A program made the translations under genes and the position numbers. Shown in pieces: positions 36,638-49,790 of a stretch of DNA of 64,000 nucleotides (positions are counted from its first letter, which is position 1; each line of letters starts with the position of its first letter). Source of the stretch: Neoechinorhynchus agilis (taxonomy: Eukaryota; Animalia; Acanthocephala); NCBI GenBank assembly GCA_051530055.1, contig CM121342.1:3134797-3198796 (forward strand). The letters are read 5' to 3'. The notes beneath the pieces are model-generated. The model worked only from the letters and a program-made list of their open reading frames with translations. It did no database searches and was not told where the DNA came from.

Positions 36638-37020
36638 CTACAGGTTGTTGATTTGTGAATTGTTCGGTTGAGCCACTTCAGCGACATTGCCATTCAAATG
36701 AGGATGATGAATACTCAATCTCTGGACAATTTGCCGTGGTCCTTTTGGTCGCCACATTCGACTACCCACCCCGTTAATATTTATCTTCCAAAACGATTTT
36801 CTTGGTCTCCCTCGAATTGGAAATTTCTTGAATCTACGACAATAGGCAAGCGTGTTCCCGGCCGATCCTTTCCAAGACCTGCTATCGGCTATTTGTGGAA
36901 AATATGGAATATTATCCCCAATCCATAGGTAGATTTCATTGACCCGCAATCTTCCTGTTAAACTGTTCTCGATCGCTGCTGCTATTAATTCAATGTTGGT
37001 GCGGTTGACTAATGGGCAGG
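36638..37020 (-). pseudogene. Divergent forkhead (Fox) domain, left-arm copy
   Basis: TNIELIAAAIENSLTGRLRVNEIYLWIGDNIPYF...SWKGSAGNTLA..RFKKFP....SFWKIN. An in-frame TAA lies just upstream. Confidence 0.7.
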
Positions 37021-37449
37021 GTTATTCATTTGATCGTAGATCGGAGAATATCGAAAGTAAGTTCACATTGAACAGATCGGAATCGCTCAACTTATTTTTA
37101 TTTATTTGTTTAAAAAAGCCTTATATCTTCCACATCTGGTTATAAGGAGAGATTAGTCAATTAACAGTTTGTCGATAAAGTTCCGTCGTGAATCCGTCCC
37201 TTTACGCCCGAATCCCTAGTTTTAGGGATGACTCTTTAAACCCCTCGGGACACTTGCATAGATAGGGATCAGGATCTTGCCTTCAAGTTCACCGTATTGA
37301 ATTAATTTCGGCCTTACGAAATTCTTTTCCGGGTCTTTGTACATTAATTGATTGTATATTGTAAAAAACTTGCGTCTGCTAGCTGAATAGATTGAGGTGA
37401 TTGTGCCTTAGAATGATCTTTATCGTATAATGGATCGTAAAAAAATTTA

Positions 37450-40330
37450 GATTTAGTTACTTACCTTTTTTGGAGTTTGAGGAGAAGAATAAAAAATTTC
37501 TAAGAATAATCTTGATAAAAATGATAATAGGGGCTCCTGGAACAAAGTGTAATTACATAAAGGTTTTTGTAGTTTCTTAAAACATCTAAAAAATAATGGT
37601 ATTCTAAGCTCCGGAGGACGGCCTTCACCAACCAACAAAAACATAATGAGCCTCCTAATAATGTTTTTACAACCGGTAAGAGAATATTAAAACTCAAGCC
37701 CAGGCAGGAAGCTCTTCTTTTTAAGAACACATTTACTTTTAACAAAGGTATTATTAAAAGAGGAATTGATTAAGAACCCGTGCATTTTGGATGGAAAATC
37801 TAACCCTAAAATTCGTGTTGATTTTTAGTATTCGAGTGATTATAGGCAGAGCTATTATTTAAATTATTTATTAAAAAAGTTTCCTGGAAAGAGGGAGAAT
37901 TAGTAAGAGGAATAAAAAATATTTTACCAGGGTTAATGGCCAAGTTGGCTAACTTTTAAATTGACACTAAGAGCGTTTAATGCTATATGGATTTTGGATA
38001 AAAGAGGTGGAGCAAAACCTTGCCTGCAAAATACGAAAATATCGTCTGCATAAACCAGATGATAAATTCCCCTAAAGTAGTTTGATTTTCTTGGAAGTAG
38101 AGAGAGAAATAAGAAAAGGGTAGGGGATAGCGGAGATCCTTGAGGGACGCCAAATCTGGAGAAAAATTTAGTTTTCCCAGGATCCACTTTCTCATAGTAA
38201 AAAGATTTAGATTTTATTAAATAATATAATCTTATAAATAATATTTAACGGCGCCTTTAACTCATCAAGGGCCTTGTATAGAAAAAGATCTGGCTAAAAC
38301 ATCGAATGCTTTGTTTAGGCCAAGTTGAATTAGTACTTTGTGCTGAAATTTTTATCTTATTAAGGGAGTTTAAAGCATCTATGAGGGTGTTAACTTTTTT
38401 ATATGAAATTTTTTTAGCAAGCATACATAATTTATAGTTTCATCAACGCTCCCATTCATCGGCGCTGGCCAAAACGCTGGCCGCATTGCCCCCGCTGCAC
38501 CGCAATGCTTATTTCTTGCGCCAAGAACGACGTCGATCTTGGCTCTCCAGTCGCCGCGTTGATTCGTTTCCCCAAGTCCTTCACGAGGAGGGCTAGTGCC
38601 GACCACTCCCAAGGTACGTTTCCACACCGAAGGGGACAAAATGGTAATTTTGGATTAGCTCCCTGTATTTTGAACATTTCCGGATCCTCTGCCATCGTCG
38701 CCTCCTCTGGACCTTTTTTTTTTTTTTTTTTTTTTTTTTTCGGGGGGGGGGGGGGATGTTGGAGTTTGCCAACAAATTTGACATTCAATTATATGTCCCA
38801 GCTGCTTACGAATTACCCCGTCGAGCTCTCCTAACAATTTGTCTTCTCCGAAACATGGAGCTGCTCTTAGCTTATGAAGCAATTTCGGCATATAGAGGCA
38901 ATTCTTGATCAAGAAGAGACCCTCATGTGCCGAAAGCTCAGAAGTTCGGCCGTAGAGCAACTCCATTTTTCGGGACATGCGCGCAGGTCCTTCGCAACAT
39001 TCTCAGCAAGAACGCAGCTCCCGGTGTGAGCTGGTCAAGGGTGATCAAACCCGGACCAGGAGCAACTGATTCAAAATCGCTAGAGATTTGAGCACGCTCG
39101 TTTTCAGTTGCGTTCAGGATAAGAAGTTCGCACGGTCAGCTTCATTCAGATCCTTTGAAGGTCGCTCAAAACAACACTTGAATCGCCACCGAGTGTGGCA
39201 TCGTCCAAGGACCAAGCGTTGAAAGGAGAAAACATTGAATGGGCAAGATCATTTACTGCGACGGAGAAGCTCCCTGTTGTACACCACTCTGCGACCAAAT
39301 TATTTGTCGTTGTACAGCAGTAGCGTATGGTTAGCATATGCTCTCCAGAAATAGGGGTAAGCCTCTGGGACGACATCCTCAATTGCTTTTAACATTATTT
39401 CCCTTTTAAGGTATTGAAAGCATTTTTTAACCCCTTTTACCTTTATAAAACTGTGGAAGTAAACGGGGATAAGTTTCCTCACTCCGAGTTCCTATAAAAG
39501 TTTTATTCACTACTCTTTCCAAACAGAAATTATAGAGTTTTGGATAGAAATAACCTGATCTGTGACGGATTGTTTATGGGTCCCTTCGTTTTGGGTAAGA
39601 AAACCTTTTTCACGACATTTATATTTAACAAATCTTTAAAATCCAGTTTCTTTAACTTGAGGTTTGAAAGAATAAAAATTTGATCTCATCACTAATAGCA
39701 GAGCCGTGAGATCCACAGGACTCTAGCAGAGTGTCGACACTCAGGTTCCAGGTAAAAGATTTTTATTAAAAATGGAAAGAGGAGGAGCTGAATAGGCCAG
39801 TACGTATGCGTATATAAAATTTCCTCTATCACCGAAGATTCCTGCCATATCATAATATGGCAGGAATCCAATTAACAGCTTTTGCTCTCCAACAAATTGG
39901 TTTCTTGTGTAAAACGGCATGCCAGAAACCTTTCCCAAAGCATTTCATATTTACAAGATATTTTTTGTCTTGGGAAATTTGAAGAAACCATTTCTCGGTG
40001 TAAAACTTCTTCATGAAAGAGGAATGCATACTTTTATTGTTTAAAATATCAGCAATAATTTCTTTTTGTAAAACATATTAGCCGTTTTACATAGCGAACG
40101 TCGCTTTATGTAAGATTGAGTGGTGAGATGGGCTTTTACCGATTTTAATATGATTTCATTAAAAAGAGAAATCAATCTCTCCTTGGACAGCAGAGATTTT
40201 AAATCAGCATTAAAATTACTCAAAGATTTTCATTTAAAACTATATAGTCCCTAAGTGAGGGGCCATCAGATTGAAATACAATACAATCGTGTCCCAACAA
40301 ATGCTGCGTTTGAATTTGAAGAGTTTTTTA
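37450..40330 (-). mobile_element. AT-rich LINE-like RT with nested CRE (left-arm copy; CRE carries a ~0.7-kb deletion)
   Basis: Reverse complement of 57430-61000. Confidence 0.8.
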
Positions 40331-40384
40331 TTTACTTTTTTTTCAAAGATAAATATTTTTAACAATTCAAACAATCTGTTCAAA

Positions 40385-40940
40385 CACACTCACCACCTCC
40401 CGCCGAATTCCAGCTTTTGTCCTTCCTCGACCGTCGCCATCACGCTGGCAGCATTGCCCCGTTGTACTGCCAGCGAGATATTTTGTCGAAGGAATACGCC
40501 TGCTCTTGAGTCTCCGGTTGCCTCTCTCAATTTCTTCGAGACATCCTGGAGCAGAGAGAGTGCCGAGCTGCCGAGCGCTCCATACGTCTCTACTCCGAAG
40601 GGGACAAAATAGTGAGCCCTTGCTAATTCCCTATATTTTCATGCCTTCGTCCATTCCGCTACACTGGCTGCACCTCAGCGATTTCGAGAGAGTAGGGAAT
40701 GTTGCTTACTGCGAGGGACGTGGCGTCCCGAGGCGTGCCCTCCAGCCACGGGAAGACCGAAATTCCATCCGGCCTACGGCCGTCTTGTTGACAAAGGTGG
40801 GAGGGTTCCAGGATGCTCGGGAAGTTCGCCGTTCTCAACGCCCGAGAAATTGCGCTGTTGATCTCAGAATGGCGTGAGAACCTTCCTCCCGACTTTACGC
40901 AAACGAGAGCTTGTCGCCGGAAAGCATCAACCAAATCCAT
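40385..40940 (-). mobile_element. CRE 3' fragment (left arm)
   Basis: Reverse complement of 56829-57390. Confidence 0.85.
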
Positions 40941-42840
40941 GAGGATCCTTTCCCAAATTTGTTCAGGAATATTCTACTGGTATAAGGGAGCTTCAGGTAC
41001 CTTCGGTCGTTTGGTCTGGCGGTCTAAAAGATACCCCAACCTTATGCTCGATGTCGTCGTGTATTGATGCCATCAACAATAAAAACGCGAAAGATCGCTT
41101 ATGGCCGCTATTCCGGATATCCAGAGTGTAACACATGAACACTGTACTTCTGAGGCTTTGAAGAATCACGAGACGCTGTAGCCACAACAGAAGACTCCGT
41201 CCTCGACCGAAAGCTCTTTTCGTCGTGAAGAATATGTGCTGAGTTCATTTTGGAATCGCTGATGGCCAGCCACTCGAAAGATATGGCTTAACAGTTCATA
41301 ATTCCGTCGCTTTTCGAATTTCGTCGAACGTGAATCCCATATTCGTCATGGTACGCTCTTGGATCAAGTGAACTTCGATTTCGCCGTTCGTCGTGGTGTC
41401 AATCTAGAAAGGGTGTCGGCCAGTTGATTCTCTTCTCCTATAGTAAACTCTATGCATGCGTCGTATTGTGATAGTTCTATTCCCCATCGGATCAATCTTT
41501 GATTTGTCATCTTTGACAAGTTCGATTTGTTCGAAGACGTACTTCAGTGGTTTATGGTCGCTGTACGGGACGAACTTGCGACCTGCCAGATACTGATGGA
41601 ATCTCCGAACCGCAAAGATTATCGCCAAACCTTCCTTTCTATTTGAGATAAATTGATTTCTGGCCCCTTTAGTGGTACGATGCATACCTTACTGGAAATG
41701 GTCTGCCATCATCTTGTATCTGCATAAGAACAGCTCCAAGGCCTTTTCCACTTGTGTCACATCACAATCGAGTTTCCCTTTTTAGATCGAAAGTCTTAAG
41801 AACTTGAGCATTCATCAGTAATTCCTCACTTCTTCAGAAGCTTCCTCCTGCTTCGTGTCCCACTCCCATTTTTTCCTTGTTTGTTAATCCTTGCAATTCT
41901 CGGCATTTAAATTGCAATCCTGGAATGAACATTTGCAAAAAATTGTCGTTTCCAAAAATGTCCTGAGCTTTCCTTTATTACGTGATCGGGGAAGTACTAA
42001 AATAGCTTTTATTTTTGTTACACTTGGTCGTACATGATCTCAGTGTAGTTCGTGGCCCAGATATTCAATTCCCTCCTGTAGAAAGACACATTTGTCTCGA
42101 TTCAACTTTAATCCCACTTCCTGTAATCTGTGCAGTACACTCAGATAAATTCGAGAGGTTGTCTCTGTGTTTTTCCAGTGGTCAGTACGTCGTCTAAGTA
42201 TAGTGCAACTATTGGAATTCCCTGCAGCAGATCGTCCATATATTGTTGAAGGATGGCCGGTGCCAAGCTGGTACCGAAAGGCAATCGCTTAAATTCTAAG
42301 AATCTTCGCGGTGTGGATATCGTTAAATATGGCATTGATTCGGGACTTATGGGCAGTTGCAGATATACCTCATTTATGTCGAGCCCGGAATAGACCTCGC
42401 CACTCGCTATTTTACTCATTATTTTTTCCAATGTTGGTAGCGAATAACTGTTAACTCAGAGATACTGATTGATAGTGACCCTAAAATCGACGCAAGTTCT
42501 AATATTTCCGTTGGCTTTGATAACCACAACGATCGGCGTATCCCATTCAATCGGTCCGTTTAGAGCGTCTACCTTCTCAAGTACGTCTGCCTCAACTTGC
42601 CATGGTAGCTCGTGGTCTACCTTTCGTTTCAACGCCAGGGAAATCTTCCTACTATCCCAACACATGAGAATCCCATTTTTACTAACGATGGCGGATTTCC
42701 ACTTTGCGTACCGGAGCCATCGATTTTGCAAATTCGATTGATTTTTCCGCAGTAATTCTTGGAAAACTGCGATACCATCACTGATTACTTCTCGGAACTT
42801 CGCACGCTATAGCACACATTTTTCGGCCCAGGGCATTCTG
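40940..42840 (-). mobile_element. Ty3/Gypsy pol fragment (left arm)
   Basis: WDTPIVVV.KANGNIRTCVDFR, LDINEVYLQL, RLPFG..LAPAILQQ, YLDDVL, RNase H SDHKPL. Confidence 0.85.
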
Positions 42841-42849
42841 AATGCTTTT

Positions 42850-44955
42850 GTCCATGGGAATGGAGAGCATTGGCGGAAAAGGGCAGAAGAAAGTGGGGAA
42901 AGCGTATGTAAGGATAGGGAAGATGGCAGAAAAAGATAAAAGTGGGCAAGATGTTTAGGGGATACGCCGAGACGCCGGAGGAGTGTTTGAGGGAGGTAAA
43001 GACGAGGGTTTGTTTTTAGAGAGGGTCAATGAAATGTGGGCATCCCATTTAAGGTTTTCTTGTAAAGTCAGGCCCAGTATTCGGAGAGAAGAGGAACGTT
43101 GGATGGGGAGAGGCGCGGGGATAAGATTGCGTTTGGAAATGTGGGGGACAAGCTCAAAAGATTTGGATAAATTTAGGGAGAGGTTTAGGGTGGAGAGCGA
43201 GGAAATGAGATGGTTGATCTCGTCCATGGTTGTGGAGAGGGAGAGAGATGCGATGGTAATGACTGTGAGGTCATTTGCATAGAGAAAATGTTGGTAGGGG
43301 AGTGAGGGGATGAAGGTAGGAGAGTGAGGTTGCCAGGTTGGGAGGCCAAAGGAAGCACATCATTGGAGGAGGAGGACAGTCACTTACCATCGCATCTCTC
43401 TCCCTCTCCACAGCCATGGACGAGATCAACCATCTCATTTCCTCGCTCTCCACCCCATGCATAGGAGGGCGTCAGAACAAAGGTAATTGGGACGGAAAGC
43501 GAATTGGGAAGGGGAGATGGTGTTGGAGCAGAATGGAAGTAGGCGGGTTTTAAAACATTTTCTAAGATTTTAGAGAAAGGTGAGAGAGGATAGGGATGGG
43601 ACGAAGGAGGTGGGGGAAATCGGCTTATCGTTTTTGGGTAGGGGGACTACCCGGGCTTCCTTAAGACACGACGGGAAAGAGCCCAGTAGAAAGCTAAGGT
43701 TCGTTATGTGAGTTAGAGGATCGATAAGTTCTGGGATGATGAAACGAATGTCCCAATTTGGGATAGTCAGATTAGGGGAAGAATGGCGGAGCAGGCGTTT
43801 AAGGATCTCTAGGATTTCGAGAGGGGAAACTAAGGAAGGGCATGTATGAATGGGCGGGTCAGATCCCGGAACTTATCGATAATCTAACGCACATAACGAA
43901 CCTTGGCTTTCTACTGGGAGAGATGCTAAGGGGGTAGATCTACCAAGAGCGGTGCAATTTCGATTGGGAACGGACGAGAGACGAGATGAGAAAAATAATT
44001 TGGAGTGGAGGGAGGGGTAAGAGGGATTACCTGACCGGAAAGCTTTGGTGACCTGGATTTGAAGGGTTTTAGAAAAGGCGGCGAAACCATGGAGGGTCGC
44101 GGTTCGAGATTCGTATTGTTTTGCGAGGAAAGGAGGCCTTCATCGCAGATTCTATTAGATTTAACAAAGATCCCATTGCAATCGAGTCGCCAACGATGGT
44201 AGAGCGGTTTTGCGTGATAAGAGAATTGGCGCATGCAGCAAAGGATTGTGTATGATGATCACGTTTATCCCAGAAAACGTAGAGGTCGGAAAAGAAACGT
44301 TTTTGAGGTGATGAGGAGGAGAGAAGGATGGGACAATGGTCAGACGAGGCGATCGGGGGGAGGTTTGGTAGTGCACGAGTATTGCCTGATATTTGAGAAA
44401 ATTTTATCTAGGCGGGAGGAGAAGCGTGTGGGGAAAGTAACGAGTTGGGAAAGATGAGAGAGCGAGGGCGGGATCGGCAGTTTGTTTAAAATCGCCCGGC
44501 CATTGCGGAGAAGGAGATGAAGTTGGATGTGAAGCCATTCAAGATCGTCGGAGATGAAAAGGAAGGGTGAAAAGCAATGGTAAGGGAGTGAGGCGCGGAT
44601 GAAGATCGATATGCCTCCCCCGTTTCGGAAGTCCCCTTGTGAGGTGAAAAGCTTGAAAGTTTGGTAGGAAAGCAGATAATTTGCTACGGGGTGAGAGCCA
44701 TGTTTCTGTAATTACAAGGATGTCGGCATTGCAAGAAGATGCAGCTATATGGAGCTCATACAGTTTGGGGAGGATCCTGCGGATGTTAGAATAAAACATT
44801 ATTGGAATGTTTAGAAAGGGAGATGAGGGGTGGACACTGAGGGAGAGGGTTGAAGCCGCGCGGAGAGAAGGGATGGGAGTTGACCGATGGGGTAGTTCAG
44901 ATAATGGATTCGTGGGTGGACACTGCAGTAAGGGGTGATTTGAGTGTAGGGAAAA
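42850..44955 (-). mobile_element. CR1/L2-like LINE (APE-RT), left arm
   Basis: Reverse complement of 52650-54900. Confidence 0.8.
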
Positions 44956-45129
44956 AATAAGTTGAGCGATTCGGATCTGTTCAATGTAGAACTCACTTTC
45001 GATATTCTCCCGTCTTTCGGTCAAATGAATAACCCTGCCCATTAGGTCAACCGCACCTAAGAAACTACAAAAACTTTTATGTAATTACACTTTGTTCCAG
45101 GAGCCCCTATTATCATTTTTATTGGAGAG

Positions 45130-45868
45130 GAAATCTTAAATGGATTCGAATTCACAAGAATATCAAGATGCCCAACGTCAAGTCGCGAAAAGGAATTTAA
45201 TTCTTTTCTTTTAAACCTCAAGAAACAAGGCAAGCTTCCGAATGTGGATTATAAGATCCTTCGATCAACAGATGCAAAAACGCCCCAAATGTACCTGCTT
45301 GCGAAAGTACATAAGGAGCCAGTCAAGTTCAGACCAATAATTGCAGCACACACCACATTCTGCACGAAAATCTCAAGGAGAATAGCTGATATGCTGAGGA
45401 GCGCAATGGGATCTTCGGAGAGAGTGGTGTCTTCGGGTGCCGACTTCGTCTCAAGATTGGAAACATTTTGGAATTCCCAGTATAGGATGATGTCGGCAGA
45501 TGTGATCTCCCTCTTCACCAAAATTCCTGTGGATGTGGCAATAGACCTCGCAGTTCCACTCCTGTCCACTAATGCTGAATGGAAGTTAACTATAAGCGAC
45601 TGGCGAAAGCTATTGCAGTTTTGTACCAGATTCTGCAACTTCCAGTTCAACGGTATCGACTATGATCAGAAAGATGGAGTGGCGATGGGCAGCCCGTTAG
45701 CCCCTGTGCTTGCTGAGCTATATATGCGGCACTGGGAGAGCGAACATTTGTCGTCGATACAGGGGGTGAAGATCTGGTTCAGATATGTGGATGACACGTT
45801 CTTGTTGATCGACCCGTCGGAGACGAATATGGACCGCCTTCAACACGAACTGAATGGGATGGACCACG
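45130..45868 (+). mobile_element. Penelope-like element reverse transcriptase fragment
   Basis: PQMYLLAKVHKEPVKFRPII, SADVISLFTKIP, QKDGVAMGSPLAPVLAELYM, WFRYVDDTF are PLE-type RT motifs. Truncated at its junction with CRE. Confidence 0.9.
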
Positions 45869-48430
45869 CATGTTGCGTCCCAAATTAGACTCTTCCCTTC
45901 TTTCCAAGGGAAAACGGTTATACCGTCGGGACGCTTACCATCCGAGCGACAGAGGTGATTGGGCTCCAGGATGGTTGGAACGTGGATCGAGTTCAGAGCT
46001 CTGCTAATGATCGCGTTGAGCTCTGCGTGCCTTGGGAAACGACCGCTCGATCTCTTGCAGTAGAGTCCATGTCTCCCGAGCACGTCAACTTTTATTCCAC
46101 ATCGGCACTGGCGTGGGGCACAGGTTGGAAGTCCTAAACGTAGAGCGACGGCTATTCGAACTGTCTCGTCGTCCAGCAAAGTTCCCAAAGTACCAATTGG
46201 CAAAACGTTCAACCATGCGCCTGACTCCTTCGAGGAACTGGCCACAAGTCTAGCTTGAGACATCTCGTCCATCTGGCCTTTTAGTTTGTTGTGAGCAGTC
46301 AGGATTAAGGGTTTATCCCAAGCAGATTGTTCGTGCGCGTTGGTTGGAGCTTGTTGCAGACCGGTCTGCGAGAGCCATGATGTGACTCCCTGTTTCAATA
46401 GTTTGCATGGCTTCGGCATTCTGTTTAAAAGAATTTCCCCCTGTAATTCCTCCGTCTTGTGCATCGAGGATACGAATACCGGAAGGGCCAAACCAGCCAC
46501 ACTTCGTAAGCCTAAACCTCCGTATTTGATCGGAAGGGCAGCTTGTTGCCAAGCTTCATCAGTGATGGCGCAGTTCGTTACCTTCTCAAGATGCTTTTTC
46601 ATCAAACCATCTAAGTCAAGGAGACGTTTGGTGTGTCGGAAGTACGGGGCTGCTCTCATCTTGAACATAAGCTTCGGTATGTATAGGCAGTTCCTCACCA
46701 AGAAGAGAGCTTCGTGTGCATTCAATTCTTGAACGCGGGAGCACAAAATATCCAGTTTAGGGAGCTCTTCTTCAATCTCGCGATCTATGTTCGCATCCAG
46801 GACGCAACTGCCGAGAAGAGTGAAGCTTTGCCGGTTGATTAATCGGATTCCTGGGGCAACGGATTCGAAGGACTGCATTATATCCGCCATGTGAGAATGT
46901 GAAATATTTAGTGGCAATAGTTCACACTTCGCGGGGTTGACACGTAAGCCCAATTCCGCAGCAGAAACAAGCAGGGATTGCAGGTCTTCTAGAACCGTCT
47001 TTGGGTCACCGCCCAATGTCGCGTCATCCAAGTACCAGACGTTCAAACTTGCCTTGAGCTTACGAGATATTCCATTGGTTGTTAAGGAAAATCCTATGGG
47101 GCCGAGAGGATCGCCTTGTTGCAGGCCTGTTTCGGACCAAATGGTGTGCTCGTTGAAATGTAGAGGTGTCTTAGAACCATACGCCTTCACAAAGTATTCA
47201 TAGGCTTCAGGTAATTCTCGAGCAATGGTACTTAGCAAGGCTGTTCGATCGACTGTATTAAAGGCGTTCGAAAAATCGACTTTTAGGACAACCGTTGGGG
47301 TGGCAGAGGCGTCGATATAGGTACGTGTGGAGTGCACTATCGTTTCTGCTCCACATGGAGTACAGCAACCCAACTGAAAAGGTCTGAGTTGCTCACTTAC
47401 CCTTTCGCTCAGTCGCTTACACAAAATCTTCCCTGCCAAACGTCTTAGAGTGCAGCCCACAACTATCGGACGAATATCTCTGTTTGATTTGGAAAGGGCA
47501 CAAAGAGATGCCGAGAATAGAAAATTCGTTGCTTGAAGTGGGAGAGGTCCATTTATGATTTCATCGACCACATTAACGAGTTCGGTTTCGAGCTTCATTC
47601 CCATCACTCCCGTTCCAAATCCCAACATATCCTTGATGTGTTGGGGTCGAAGTCCGTCGGGTCCATGTCCCGACCCATTGGGGAACGAGGATACAGCACA
47701 TCTAAGTTCCTCCCGCGTGCACCTCGTCGATTGACGCGACTTTTCCGGTATCGGGGGCAAAATCGGTGGCAAAGCTGAAGGATGCTTACTTCTCAACGCC
47801 TCCAGTGTCGAGCGGTCGTTGTCCGCAAACGTAGCTGTGGAACTGAGTAACCTGATCGCTCCACGGACATCTGCGTCTGTCAATTTGGCAGAAATCCTAT
47901 TACTCAAATTATAAGGACGGCCGAAGGGTCCTTCTGGACGTTTCTTGGCAAGAGTTTGATTATTGTAACTTTTCGTCACAGCCTCCTCAAAAAGTCGATC
48001 AAAATTGGTTATCCGCTGCTTGATAGTGGTCGTGAAGCTGGACTCGGGGTCACGGCTAGTACTCAGAACCAATTTTGGAAAGGCGAATAAACGTGAATAG
48101 TTTGTATTCGTCGGTTCAGATAGGCAGTTTGCCAGCAGCTTCGAGAACATTTCACAGCAGCTATTCCTGGCTCCTTTTGGAATCCTCTTCAAGACCGTTT
48201 TTGGAAGATATTGTAAGAGGCGCTTCATCACATTTTGAGTTTCGAGACTGTCGATGATAAGATCCAGGGCATCGAGATCGTACCGGGCCATGTTTTCGAA
48301 TGAGCCCACTTATCGTCACGCCTATGACACGATCGCATACAGTACAGCGAGTCGAAATCGAGGGCGAAATGGGCGGAGAGAAGAGATCTGCCTCCATTAC
48401 TGAGGACTCACGGATTGTTTGCAAGTTTTT
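45868..48430 (-). mobile_element. Near full-length CRE-clade (RLE) non-LTR retrotransposon, 3'-truncated
   Basis: N-terminal CTVC..RKHG...C zinc finger (48161-48424, other frame). The 863-aa ORF has GPDGLRP, IRPIVVG, KVDFSNAFN, QQGDPLGP, YLDD, GGLGLR, CRC..H..C..RH, RPDG and WDATC. Confidence 0.95.
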
Positions 48431-48849
48431 TCAACTTAATTGAACCGAGAAGAGTATTTGTTGGATGGATAAATAGACGGGCTTATTAAAGAAAAGGTGA
48501 CCCAATATGAATATAGTCCAAGAGCAGATTCACTTATGCGTTCAGCAATATTGATTGGCGCAGAGCAAAGAATAGCGTAGGGTTGCGAGTTCGGAAATCT
48601 GGACAGGTACTTGATTGCTTTAAAGCCGCGGGTCTTTTCTATTTCGCCAGGCTAAACATTAGAAACGTTACTGTTCTTGATTTATTGTTTGTAAGTGTTT
48701 ACGACGTTGGATCGTGTTCCACTGATATTTGCTTTCCGAAAAATGTATACAAGAAGATGTTGATTTTATAGGAACTTTATCCTACATTGAGGATGCAGAA
48801 CGATTAATTAGCGGAGGCATTTAAATTGACGGCAGCTCAATGGAAGTAT

Positions 48850-49790
48850 TCGAAGTAATACTCAAATCAGATCGATCGCTTAGTGGAAGTTAAAATGAAC
48901 CAGCGCTCAACAATCATCGGTACAAATGAAGAGGCTATAAAAGCATTGCAAGAAAGGTTCCACTTGGTGATCGTAGTTCCCGATGAAGACGCAGAGCAAA
49001 CGCATAATCGATTTATCGTCAGGGGCTTAATCTCGACCAGTGCTCGAAGGCGGTCGAAGAAATAAAAATAAAATGGAATAGATTTCGACGGCAAGAACGC
49101 AAAGAAAAAATCCGGGAAATTCATCAAATCGATCGTTTGATGGAAGTTAAAATGAACCAGCGCTCAACAATCATCGGTACAAATGAAGAGGCTATAAAAG
49201 CATTGCAAGAAAGGTTCCACTGGGTGATTGTTGCTTCCGATGAAGTAGCAGAGCAAACGGATAATCAATTTATCTTTGGGGGCCATCACCGGATCAAATT
49301 GATTGCTTGATGGAAGTTTAAATTAACCAGGGCTCAACAATCATCGGTACAGATTAAGGGGCTTAAAAAGCATTGGACGAAATGTTCCACTTGGTGATTG
49401 TTGCTCCAGATGAAGAAGCAGAACAAACGGTTAATCAATTTATCTTTGGGCAGTCACCGGATCAAATCGATCGCTTAATGGAAGTTTAAATGAACCAGTT
49501 CTCAACCATCATCGGTACCGATGAAGAGGCTATGAAAGCATTGGACGAAAGGTTCCACTTATTGATTCTTGTTCCCGATGAAGAAGCCGAACAATCGGAT
49601 TATCAATTTATCTTTGGGGGACATCACCGAATCAAATCGATCGCTTGATGGAAGTTTAAATTAACCAGGGCTCAACAATCATCGGTACAGATGAAGAGGC
49701 TATAAAAGCATTGGACGAAAGGTTCCACTTGGTGATTGTTGTTCTTAATGAAGAAGCAGTACAAACGGATAATCAATTAAGCGTTAGGTG
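48850..49790 (+). repeat. KH-coding tandem array, inverted copy (one ~260-bp unit plus ~4 x 170-bp)
   Basis: ORF 48883-49065 MEVKMNQRSTIIGTNEEAIKALQERFHLVIVVP; later units start near 49140, 49310, 49478 and 49648. Confidence 0.75.

Larger units (their letters stand above)
34441..45058. repeat. Segment B of ~11-kb inverted duplication (partner ~52540-64000, running off the window end)
   Basis: The last bases of the window are the reverse complement of 34441-34480. Paired ORFs include 36668/61535, 40271/57267, 42141/55322 and 44539/52543. Confidence 0.95.

Noticed and set aside
37290-37345. GGCCGAAATTAATT resembling the hammerhead GAAA box on the minus strand
   Set aside because: The upstream CUGANGA box is absent, and the equivalent site in the right arm lacks GAAA.
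38716-38756. T25-C-G12 homopolymer run inside the CRE copy
   Set aside because: The partner arm reads TTTTTTCGAGTGGCCG at the same spot, and the run sits beside a ~0.7-kb deletion. Most likely a consensus or polymerase-slippage artefact, not a poly(A) tail or functional tract.
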